The notes under the pieces were generated by a model. That model had not been told where the DNA came from. It saw nothing but the letters and a program-made list of their open reading frames with translations, and made no database searches. Shown piece by piece: positions 50,325 through 61,035 of a DNA stretch of 64,000 nucleotides. The position numbers were made by a program, and so were the translations under genes. This DNA is from Malacoraja senta (taxonomy: Eukaryota), in the NCBI GenBank assembly GCA_038087875.1, contig CM075991.1:7442001-7506000 (forward strand). Reading direction: 5' to 3'. Within the stretch, counting starts at the first letter, position 1; each line of letters starts with the position of its first letter.

Positions 50325-51840
50325 CTGACAGGTAGCTTTTCAAAACAATTCCTCATTCATTTAGTTTAGTTTATAATTGACACGTGTACTGAGGTACAGT
50401 GAAAAGCTTTTGTTTGCGTGCTATCCAGTCAAAGAAAATCAAGCTGTCCTCAGTGCCCAGATAAAGGATAAAGGGCCCAACATTTAGAGCAAGATAATGC
50501 CCCATTAAAGATAGTTCAAAGGTCTCCAATGAGATAGCTGGGTGGTCAGGTCCACACTCTAGCTGAGGAGAGGTCCACCATTCAGTTGCATGATAACAGC
50601 TGGGAAGAAACTGTCCCTGAAACTGGAGGTATGCCTTTTCAAACTTCTGTGCCTCTTGCCTGATGGGAGAGAGGGGAAGATAGAATGACCAGGGTGAGAC
50701 TCACCCTTGATTATGCTGGTGTCCTTGCAGAGGCAGAGGCAGCGTGATGTGTCGATGGAATCAATGCAGGCGAGGTTGGTTTATGTAATGGCCTGGGCTA
50801 CATCCACAAGCCTCTGCAATTTCTTGCAATTTCTCCTTGTAATTCTGTAATCAAATACTTGTCAACACCCTTCCAATTAACTTTTTATCAATGTCATTGG
50901 ATATATTCTGTTCGCATTCTGGCTCATAATAGGTACACAAACACCAATCTGCAGGAATGATGAGATGAAGCTGCAGTGGGTGCAGAACAGATTCACAGGA
51001 ATGTTGCCTGGACTGCAGGGCATTGGTTATAAGGAGAGACTGGAATTTGTTTTCCCTGGCATGAAGAAGTCTGTTGGTTTATAAAATTATGGGGAGAATA
51101 TATAGGGGTGACAGACCATTAGCTATCCTTGTGCATGGCTTGTTCAAACTTAAAACTCTACTTTTTAAAAAACTATCTGCAAGTTGCCTTGCACTGCTTT
51201 GTTTCCCGTCCCACAGTAACCTGTTGCTTATGTAAAGTTAGACACAAAATACTGAAGTAACTCAGCAGGACAGGCAGCATCTCTGGACAGAAGGAATGGG
51301 TGACATTTCAGGTCGAGACCGTTCTTCAGACTGAAGAAGGGTCTGGACCCAAAATGTCACCCATTCCTTCTACCCAGAGATGCTGCTCGTCCCGCCGAGT
51401 TACTCCAGCATTTTGTGTCTATCTTCAGTGTAAACCAGCGCCTGCAGTTCCTTCCTGCTCGTGTAAAGTTATTTTTTATAGCAGTGGTTTAGCTGCTTGC
51501 TGGACTATTGACGATAAACTATAGATGATAGACTACATGGCTAAGCATCACGCCTACGCCATCTACAAATTTCTTGATGACGCCGCTACCGTTGGCTGCA
51601 TCATGGGAGGTGATGGCAGTGTACAGTAGAGAGGTAGATCATCTCCTGGCTGAGTGGTGCCACAACAACAACCTCTCACTCCACATCAACAAGACCAAGG
51701 AACGACCTGATGGCACCGGAAAGGAGAAGTCTGAAGACCATGTGCCAGTTTTCATGGTGCTCCATGGTGGTTGAGCAAGTTAGCAGCTTCAAATTCCTGG
51801 GCATTAACTTCTCAAATGACTTGTCCTGGGCTCAGCCCTT

Positions 51841-52630
51841 AGAATAGAATAGAATGCCATTTATTGTCATTTAAACATACAAGGTTCAAACAAAATTTCG
51901 TTCCTGCAGTCATAACAGCAAAAAACCAAAACACACAATTAACACAATTCCACACAAACATCCATCACAGTGAATCTCCAACCACCTCCTCACTGTGATG
52001 GAAGGCAAAAGTCTTATCTCTTCCCTGTTCTCTGTTCTTTATTCTTCTCCCCCAGCAGTCAAGCTGCTGCATTGAGCAGATCGAGCTGATCGAGGCTCTT
52101 GATGATAAGTCCCGCGGCCGTTTAAGCCGCGCCGGGCGATGTAAGGCCCCGCTCCGGGTCGATTTAAACCCCTCGATTAGGGCGGGCGAAGTTGCCGTTG
52201 CGGGAGCTCTGAAAAGCGGTCTCCCACCAGGGACCCGCGAGCTCCCGATGTTGCCGTCCACAGGGCCTGCAGCCGAAGCCTCCGAAGCTCCGAAGTCGGG
52301 TCGCAGCCGCGCGCCACCACAGCGCTCCGCGCTCCGAAGTCGGCCAGCTCGGCGATGGTGAGTCCGCAGGCTCCGCGACTGGAGCTCCAGGTCGATTCCG
52401 GTTGGAGGCCGCCGGCTCCACGATGTTAGGCCCGAGACTCGACAGGGAAAAAGTCGCGTCCCCGTTCAGGGAAGAGATTTAAAAGTTTCCCCCACCCCTC
52501 CCACGCCCCCCCACATATACACAGCTAAAAATAAAGTAAAACTAAAACCAAAAACATACACCTAACTGGACAAAAAGAAAGAAAAGACAGACGGTCTGCA
52601 GTCGAGCCGTTGCCACATGGTGCTGCCGCA
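51841..52630 (-). mobile_element. GC-rich non-autonomous retroposon (family of 36218-37075)
   Basis: Shared core (ggcctccaaccggaa..gagctcgcgggtccctggtgggagaccgcttttc). (TATTC)n tail. Confidence 0.75.
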
Positions 52631-53526
52631 CCGAGTTGTAATTTGGTGTAATTGTGAAGAAGGTGTGCAAGTGCCTTTACATTCTTGGAAGTTTAAAGAG
52701 ATTTCACACATCACTGAACCCTCTCACCAACTTCGCCAGTCAAGAGTGTTTATCATAGGCACTGAAATGGAACAAATAAATTCTTACCTGCAGCCGCACA
52801 GCAGGTTTGGAAACACAGTGCTCTACAACAACAACAAAAGTTAAATGAAGAAAAAAGTACCCAATGTAGTTCAAAATAACAAAAAAGCCCAAAGTCCCTA
52901 GTGGAACAAAGACAGCTTGTAGTTTGAAATGTGTGGAGTATTCTAAAGCCTGATAGTTATTGGGAAGAAGCTGTTCTTGGAGGTCATGGTTTTCAGACGT
53001 CTTCCTGATGGTTGGAGTGAAATGAGAGCGTGGCCATGGTGGTATGGATTCTTGATGACACTGACTGCCTTTTTGAGATCCCTTCGATGGTGGGGAGGTC
53101 AGTACCCATGATGGACCAGGCAGTGTACACCAATTTTTGTCATCCCCTTCATTCCTGGGCATTTGAATTGTCAAACCAGGCCATGATGCAACCAGTCAAT
53201 ATGCTCTCTACTGTACACCTGTGGAAGTTCATTCATTAACATACCAAATCTTCTAAGAAGAAGAGGCGTTGATGGGCTCTTTGTATTATTGCATCAATAT
53301 GCGAGGTGCAGGACAGATCTCCAGAGATATTCATGTCCAGGAACTTGAAGTTGTTGACTCTTCACCACCGGCCCGTCGAGAAGGACAGGTTTGTGGATCC
53401 TTGGCTTTCCTCTTCTAAAGTCAGTAATCAGCTCCTTGGTTTTACTGATGTTGAGAGCAAGGTTGTTCTGGCACCATTCAAACAGACGATCGATCTCCCT
53501 CCTGTACTCATGATTATCTGTAATTT

Positions 53527-55738
53527 TTTTTTTTTACTTTTTTTTTTTTAATTTTTATTTATTAGAAGTACATTACATTACAACCACATACATTAATACT
53601 CGTCATTTATATCTTCTTACAATTAATGTACTCCCTTTATTTATTTTTTTACACTAGAAAAAGAAAAGATTGAAAGAGAGAAGAAAGTGAAGGAAAAAGT
53701 GCAAGTGTAGAAAAGTGTAGAAAATGTAACAACAAAAAAGGACGAAGACCCTATAAGAGCGAAATTAAAAACAATAAGAAAAAGAGTTAAGAAATAGGCC
53801 CTAAGAAAAGAAAAGAGAAAGAGAAAAAAAGAGAAACAAATGTTTTTTTTTTGAGCATCACGTAAATAGGACATACCAACTCTTCAACTATCATCCCCCC
53901 TTACCTGACCTCAATTTTTTATTTTTTTTAAAGTACTTTTGCACCCTATGTTTGTAATAATTCTATAAATGCAGACCACGTCAGGTGGAAGTGATCTGGT
54001 TTACCTGCTAGGAGGAGTCTTATCTCTTCTAGGTGTAATGTTTCAAACATATTTGAAATCCACATATTTATAGTTGGTATTGGAGCCTTCTTCCAAAATT
54101 TTAGAATTAGCTTTTTTCCAGTTATTAACCCATAGTCCATTAATTTCTTTTGAAACACATTTAGTTCTGGATCATCTTCCGTTATTCCGAAGATAATCCA
54201 TTCTGCTTTGGGTATCAGTCTTGTTTTAAATAACTTTGTAAAGATTTCAAAAATTTCATTCCAAAATTTTTGAATTTTTGTACAGAAGACAAATGAGTGC
54301 GCTATAGTTGCTTCTTGGGATTGACATTTATCACAAATAGATGATACGTTTGGGAAAATTTTATGAATTTTAGTTTTCGAATAATATAATCTATGTAAAA
54401 TTTTAAATTGTATTAAAGTGTGTCTTACATTAATCGAGCATTTATGCACGTTTAATAAGTATTCATTCCAACTTTCCTTTGAAATTTTAATAGCTAACTC
54501 TTGTTCCCAGTCTCTTCTGATACCCTCCGTAGATGGTATTTGTACATTTAAGATAATATTGTACAAATATGATATTAAGTTTGCTGATTCCGCTTTTGTC
54601 TGCATTGCCTCGTCCAGTACATCTGCTGGGTTATTATGATGATCTTTTGTATATTTTTTCAAATAGTCGCATATTTGAAAGTATTTAAAATATTGATTAT
54701 TTCCGAGTTTATATTTTATTTGTAATTGTTGAAATGAAAGTAATTTTCCAGTTTCATACAAGTCACCAAGCGTTTTAATTCCTAGTCTATCCCATTGTGT
54801 ATAAGCTTTATCTATAATAGAAGGACTAAACGAAGGGTTATTGACTATAGGTAATAAAAGTGATAAGTTTCTTAATTTTAAATTTTGTTTTATTTGTTTC
54901 CAAATACGGATTGTACTATGAATAATTGGGTTCTTATTATAGTTTATGTTATTCAATTTCATTGGAGAGAGGAGGATCGCTCCAATGTTTCTAGAGGAGC
55001 AATCCTCTTTCTCCATTACAATCCAGTCTACTTGCTGGGCGGAGTTATCCATCAGTTGAATCATGTTTTTAATATTTACTGACCAATAATAATACATAAA
55101 ATTAGGTAGTGCTAGACCCCCCAATACTTTAGGTTTATTCAGATGGGTTTTTTGTATTCTATGTGATTTATAGTCCCATATAAAATTAGTGATATCTGAG
55201 TCGAGTTTTTTAAAAAACTTCTTAGGTAAGTATATAGGAATTGATTGAAATAGGTATAAAATTTGTGGTAAAAAGATCATTTTTATTGCGTTTATTCGGC
55301 CTATTAAAGACATCGGAAGCGTTTTCCAGAATTTAATTAATGTATTCAGTTTATTAAGTAGGGGGTCAAAATTTGCCCTGAGCATACCTTGATATGTTCT
55401 GGTAATTTCGATTCCCAAATATTTAAATTTTTCTGTAGCTATTTTAAAAGGGAATTTTAAAAGATGTGTTGAATCTTTCGGTTTTATTGACATAATTTCA
55501 CTTTTATTCCAATTTATTCTATATCCAGAAAAAGATCCGAAGTCTTCAATTAAATTTAATATATTTGGTATAGTGATTTGAGGTTTTGTAATATACAATA
55601 ATATATCATCCGCGTATAAAGATATTTTATTATATGAGTCTTTAGTATTATATCCATGAATATCAGGGTGTATTCTAATTTTTTCTGCTAGCGGTTCAAT
55701 AATGAGAGCAAACAGCTGTGGTGATAATGAGCATCCTT
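53527..55738 (-). mobile_element. Young 5'-truncated L1-clade LINE
   Basis: Poly(A) tail at ~53527-53549 with AATAAA. 17-bp TSD atgattatctgtaattt (53510-53526, 55739-55755). Confidence 0.93.
53946..55736 (-). CDS. L1 ORF2 C-terminal portion (RT C-terminal half plus CCHC zinc knuckle), uninterrupted but 5'-truncated
   Basis: GCSLSPQLFALIIEPLA..ISLYADD..FGSFSGYRINWNKS..FKYLGI..GGLALPN..CDKC..HSFVFC. 597 codons including the stop. Confidence 0.9.
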   Translation of the reverse strand, partial: GCSLSPQLFALIIEPLAEKIRIHPDIHGYNTKDSYNKISLYADDILLYITKPQITIPNILNLIEDFGSFSGYRINWNKSEIMSIKPKDSTHLLKFPFKIATEKFKYLGIEITRTYQGMLRANFDPLLNKLNTLIKFWKTLPMSLIGRINAIKMIFLPQILYLFQSIPIYLPKKFFKKLDSDITNFIWDYKSHRIQKTHLNKPKVLGGLALPNFMYYYWSVNIKNMIQLMDNSAQQVDWIVMEKEDCSSRNIGAILLSPMKLNNINYNKNPIIHSTIRIWKQIKQNLKLRNLSLLLPIVNNPSFSPSIIDKAYTQWDRLGIKTLGDLYETGKLLSFQQLQIKYKLGNNQYFKYFQICDYLKKYTKDHHNNPADVLDEAMQTKAESANLISYLYNIILNVQIPSTEGIRRDWEQELAIKISKESWNEYLLNVHKCSINVRHTLIQFKILHRLYYSKTKIHKIFPNVSSICDKCQSQEATIAHSFVFCTKIQKFWNEIFEIFTKLFKTRLIPKAEWIIFGITEDDPELNVFQKKLMDYGLITGKKLILKFWKKAPIPTINMWISNMFETLHLEEIRLLLAGKPDHFHLTWSAFIELLQT

Positions 55739-55949
55739 ATGATTATCTGTAATTTGTCCAACCGTGGTGGTGATGTCAGCAAGCTGTAGTTTATGAGCAA
55801 CAGCCTGACGTATGTGTTTCATTGTCCATGTGGGCCTGTGCATAGTGGAGAGCCAGCAAGGATGCATCCTCTGTTGATCTGTTGCGGTGAAGAGGAGAGA
55901 GAGTAGGTCCAAGTTCTTACTGAGGTAGGAGTTGATATGCTCTATGGAC

Positions 55950-56351
55950 CAAAGATCCTAGAGCAATCAAGATAGACCACTCGACGAGAAAGACGTAGTA
56001 CGGTCATGGGCAGATTCATGGGTAATTTTCTGCCCCATTTCCGTAACCGGCTTCCGTCTCTGCACCAAAGATCCCATAGCGGAGCAAAGATACTAGTGCG
56101 GAGACGGAAGCCGGTTACGGAAACATCCTCGTAAAAATAAAAGTTATTTGGTAAAAATCTTCTCCTCATTTTCAGAATTTAAATTTATTAACACAAACTT
56201 CCCCCGCAACGTTGATTACACTGCGAGTCGGGTCGGATCGGGTTAAGGAAATGGATGAAAAAAAGGCCCACGTTCCGCTCCGTTGCGTACTACACGTCAG
56301 CCCATTGCATTTAGAAGGAGTGGTCTATCTTGCTCCGCTATAGGATCTTTG
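55950..56351. mobile_element. hAT-type MITE (copy 2)
   Basis: Same TIRs as 47166-47564. 8-bp TSD ctatggac/ccatggac. Confidence 0.85.
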
Positions 56352-57341
56352 CCATGGACTACAGACGCACTGTCAAAAGTATCCTGACGGATGGCATCGT
56401 GGCCTTGTCTGGAAAGTTTCAATGTACAGGAATGTGAGAGTTGCAGGCTTTGGTAGATTCAGCCTGTTCCATCTCGGTCTCTATCTTTGAAAACATCCAC
56501 ATGAGACACTGCCACAAGGAGGTGACATCTTTCATCAACGATTGCCCAGCATCTGGAACATGCACTCTTCTAACTGCTGCAATCAGGCAGGCAGTACAGT
56601 AGCCATGGCGCCAGGTTCAGGACCAACTTGGGGCGGCATGGTGACACAGCGGTAGAGTTGCTGCCTTACAACACCAGAGACCCGGGTTCAATCCTGATCA
56701 CAGGTGCTGTACAGAGTTTGTACAAAAGGAAGGCAAATATAACATTGATTTTTATTGCAAGAGGATTTCAGTACAAGAATAAAGACATTTTACTCCACTT
56801 ATACAGGGCCCTGGTGAGGCCACATCTGAAAAGTTCTGTGCAGGTCTTGTCTCCAAACATAAGGAAGGATATATTTACTCCACCAGTGGTTCACTAGATT
56901 GATTCCTGGCTTGGGAGGATTATCCTCTGAGGGAAGATTAAGCAGACTGAGTTTATGCTCTCGAGTGTTTAGAAATATGAGAGCTGATTTCACCGAACAG
57001 TTCAGAAATCTTACACTGCTTAAAGGGATAGATACAGAGATGGTGTTTCTCTTAGTTGGGGTGTCAGAAATCACAGGGTAAAATCTCAAAGCAAGTGGAT
57101 GGGCATTCAGGATTAAATCAAGAATCATGTTTAATTATCACGTGTACCGACAATGAAATTCTTCTTTGCAGCAACATAACAGGCATGTCAGCGCAATACA
57201 CAGATAATATATAATCAACCAAAAGCATCAATGATCAATAACTACCATACTCTGCAAATAAAAATGTAGTGTTTAGTGCAACCAAAGGCAATCCATAGAA
57301 GTTAAATGTTGAGGTTAGTGTTATGTGGTGTTCAAGAGGTG

Positions 57342-57612
57342 GCAGGGTGGCGCAGCGGTAGAGTTGCTACCTCACAGCGCCAGAGACACGAGTTCGATCC
57401 AGACTATGGGTGCTGTCTGTATGGAGTTTGTACGTTCTCCCCGAGACCTGCATGGGTTTTCTCCAGGTGCACTGGTTTCCTCCCACACTACAAAGACGTA
57501 CAGGTTTGTAGGCTAATTGGCTTGGTAACATTTTTAATTGTCCCCAATATGTCGAGGATAGTGTAGTCGGCCGAAGGGCCTATTTCCTTGCCAAATCACA
57601 AAACTAAACTAA
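57342..57612 (+). mobile_element. V-SINE (HE1-like)
   Basis: Consensus motifs. Nested in a Rex1-like fragment. Confidence 0.8.
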
Positions 57613-58104
57613 GCCTGATGGTAGTTAGGAAGAATTTATTCTTGAATCTGGTCATCATGGTTATTAGACTCCAATACCTTCTTCCAGATAGTAGGAGAGA
57701 AATGAGACACTGTCCAGAGTGATGTGAGTCTTTGATGATACTGGATGCATATTTGATGTAGAGCTTCATATAGATCCCTTCAATGGTGGAACAATCAGTA
57801 CCTGTGATGGACCGGGCAATGTCTACTGTTCTCTGTTATCTTCTTTGTTGACCTTGCTTCACCCACAAGGTAGTGATTGTTTGGAATTCTTTACCCAATA
57901 GAGCATGTGGAAGCCCAGTTACTGTGTATATACCCAAGTACAGGTGTCAGAGGTTATGGGGAGAAGGCAGGAGAATGCGGTTAGATCCGCCATGGTTGAA
58001 TGACGGAGTAGACTTGATGGGCCAAATGGCCCAATTCTACTCCTATCCCTTATGACCTTAAGTAAAAGATTTGGTAGATGTTTACAAATCAAGAGAATAA
58101 GATG

Positions 58105-58733
58105 TATAGGAAGGATGCTGGTTTAAACCAAAGGTAGACACAAAATGCTGGAGTAACTCAGCGGGACAGGCAGCATCTCTCGAGGGAAGGAATCGGTGAC
58201 GATTTGGGTTGAGACCCTTCTTCAGACTGATGTTAGGGACAGGGAGATACATAGATAAGGAAGTGTAAGGTGTGAAAACAGGACAAAGGGAATGGAGATC
58301 AAGGAAAATGTAGAATAGATCATTGTTAGCTGGGAGAAGGTAACAACAAAGCAAACAGAGATAAAATGTAGTCAGAGACAGTAAGACTGGTCAGTGAACT
58401 GGGAAGGGGGAGGGATGGAGAGAGAGGGAAAGCAAGGGTTACTTGAAGTTAGAGAAGTCAATGTTCATACCGCTGGTGTGTAAACTACCCAAGCAAAATA
58501 TGAGGTGCTGTTCCTCCAATTTGCACTGGGCCTCACTCCGACAATGGAGGAGGCCCAGGACAGAAAGGTCAGTGTGGGAATGGGAGGGGGAGTTCAAATG
58601 CTTAACAACCAGGAGATCAGGTAGGTTTAAGCGGACTGAGCGGAAGTGTTCAGCGAAACGATCGCCGAGCCTGCGCTTGGTCTCGCCGATATATAAGAGT
58701 CCACATCTGGAACAGCGGATACAGTGGATGAGT
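58105..58733 (-). mobile_element. Penelope-like element 3' part (GIY-YIG plus terminal repeat)
   Basis: LIHCIRCSRCGLLYIGETKRRLGDRFAEH..LEEQHLIF..GMNIDFSNF. Confidence 0.9.
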
Positions 58734-59374
58734 TGATGTCTGTTACCCACTCAGCAAAAAAAAAAGCTCTTTTAACTGCTTACTTTTTGGTAGATGTTTG
58801 AAGTTTTGTGTAAGGACGAATGGCATATCTATAGCACGTTTCACATTCCGCTGCGGGCTTGCCAATATCCAAATTAACACTTCGGAACTGTTCACCCATT
58901 TAATGTAGAAAGCGCACAGCCCCAATTATGCACAGGAAGATCCCATGCACACCATCCTGATACTCAGCTGGAATAGTTTCTAAAGTGTCATCAAACTTCC
59001 TCTGTTGTTTCTTTAAATACTTTCATAATTTTAAAGACTATTTTTTCACTTTAATTATCCACTTCCTTAAGACTCCGTCATTCTTCGTTGCATCTCAACA
59101 ACCAAGAAATCAATTTTTTATTTATTTATATTCACTTGGTCCGTGTTTATGTTTCTCGTTGTTTAAGAGTCTCCTGCAATAAAATGCTATTTTATTTTCA
59201 TTTAACGTTGTCCTCAATATGCAGAGTTTTCAATGGTCTATTAGTATTTTACTAAATCTCCATCATTCCCAATTCCCCCATGTTCAATCTTTTGATCTTT
59301 GCAGCAATTGAAGTCTTTGATTTGCATTGACAGTAATATGCTTGTGAAAATCACAGTAAATTTTCAGGAGCAAT

Positions 59375-59667
59375 TAGACGTACAGTGTGGAAACAGGCCC
59401 TTCAGCCCACCGAGTCCGTGCCGACCAGCGATCACCCCTAACACTAACACCAACACCATCCTACACACTAGGGACCATTTTTACAATTTACAGAAGCCAA
59501 TTCACCTACAAACCCATGCATCTTTGGAGCGAGGGTGGAAACCGGAGAAAACCCACGCGGTCACAGGGAGAACGTAAAACTCCGTACAGACTGCACCCAC
59601 AGACAGGCTCGTGCCCGGGTCTCTGGCGCTGTAAGGCAGCAACTCTACCACTGCGCCACTGTGCAGC
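59375..59667 (-). mobile_element. V-SINE (HE1-like)
   Basis: Consensus motifs. Confidence 0.8.
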
Positions 59668-60736
59668 CTTGTTTGAAAGTGTTGGATTACAGTATTTCCC
59701 CCCCGGCTGTAGATTAACTTCAGCTGCTGAAATAAAGTTGCTTTACCGTATAAAGGAAAGCATTTAATTCCCAAGCGGCTAATAGAATAGCTTTTATTCA
59801 ATTTCAAGACGTATATCCTTTTCATATTGAGTGACAATAAACGGAATGCTCCTTTTTTTGCCAAATTGTTGCTCAGTTTAAAATTCAGCAATTCGCGAAG
59901 ATGGGAAGCTTGCTACAAATCCCTAGAAACTAAGCCCTTTGTCTCCATTCTCTCTTGGGTACTCTCTGCATCAATGTAAGTGAAAGAATGCTGAGACTGC
60001 CTACAGTGTAGGTTACCAGCCAAAGTCCCTTGGCACCTTCATCGTAATTGCATGCTTCCACACATGAGAAGCTTCTAATCAGCTTTGTTGACAAACCGGC
60101 CAGTTCTCAGCGTCTTTTTAAATCTGTCGGCGAGAATATTTTTAGTTCTCTAAATTGAGGTGTAATTTTTTAAGCTGCCTCTCATCTCTCTGAAAGAACG
60201 ATCCAATTAACTCTAATTTTTCCCAGCTATTGAGGTCTCTGGAACAGAAGTGTCGACAATTTGTCCCAACCATTCTACTCTACTCATGACCCAGTCGTGA
60301 ATCATGACTCCTGCAACCTGAGGCATGGTCCCCTCTTCTGCCGAAGATAGATACAAAAAGCCGGAGTAACTCAGTGGGTCAGGCAGCATCTCTGTAAAAA
60401 AGGAATGGGCGACATTTCGGGCCGAGACCCTTTCTTCAGACTGAGAGTCAGGCAGCGGGACACTGGAGGTATGGGAAGGTACAGAGCAAGTGGAGCCTGC
60501 ATCGATGACTCAGGAAAGCTGGAGCCCACAATGGTCCATTGTTGGCTGGGGACGACGCGATAGCGAAGGAAGACAAACGTTGATATTAGCAAGAGGGCTG
60601 GGGTGGGAGAGGATGGAGCAAGAGGGAATGCAAAGGTTACTCACCCTCTTCTGCTCCCCCAATGCTTATCTAGCTGTAGTTTTGCCAGTCACCACATTTT
60701 CCAGTCACCACAACTATTCCCCGGAGGAGCAACTTA

Positions 60737-61035
60737 GGGCAGCACAGTGGCGCAGCCGGTAGACCAGCTGCCTCACAGCGCCAGAGACCTGGGTTTGATC
60801 CTGACCTTGGGTGCTGTCAGTGTGGAGTTTGCACGTTCTCCCTGTGACCACATTGGTTTCTTCCCGGTGCTCCGGTTTCCTCCCATATCCCAAAGGCATA
60901 CGGGTTTGTAAGTCAATTGGCCTCTGTAAATTCTTAGTGTCTAGGGAGCGTGAGGGATAACATAGAACTAACGTGAATGGGTGATCGATGGTTGGCTTGG
61001 ACTCGGTGGGCCGAATGGCCTGTTTCCATCCTGTT
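60737..61035 (+). mobile_element. V-SINE (HE1-like, older subfamily)
   Basis: gggcagcacagtggcgcag head, V core and CR1-like tail. Confidence 0.8.

Larger units (their letters stand above)
52740..55930 (-). mobile_element. Old Rex1/Babar-type LINE split by the L1 insertion
   Basis: Degenerate RT and C-terminal sequence at 52740-53510 continues at 55756 (ADITTTVGQITDN). Confidence 0.6.

Noticed and set aside
59900..60320. Possible plus-strand leader (gtaagt donor at ~59976) and acceptor at ~60226
   Set aside because: In-frame stops, inconsistent phase and no recognisable domain downstream.
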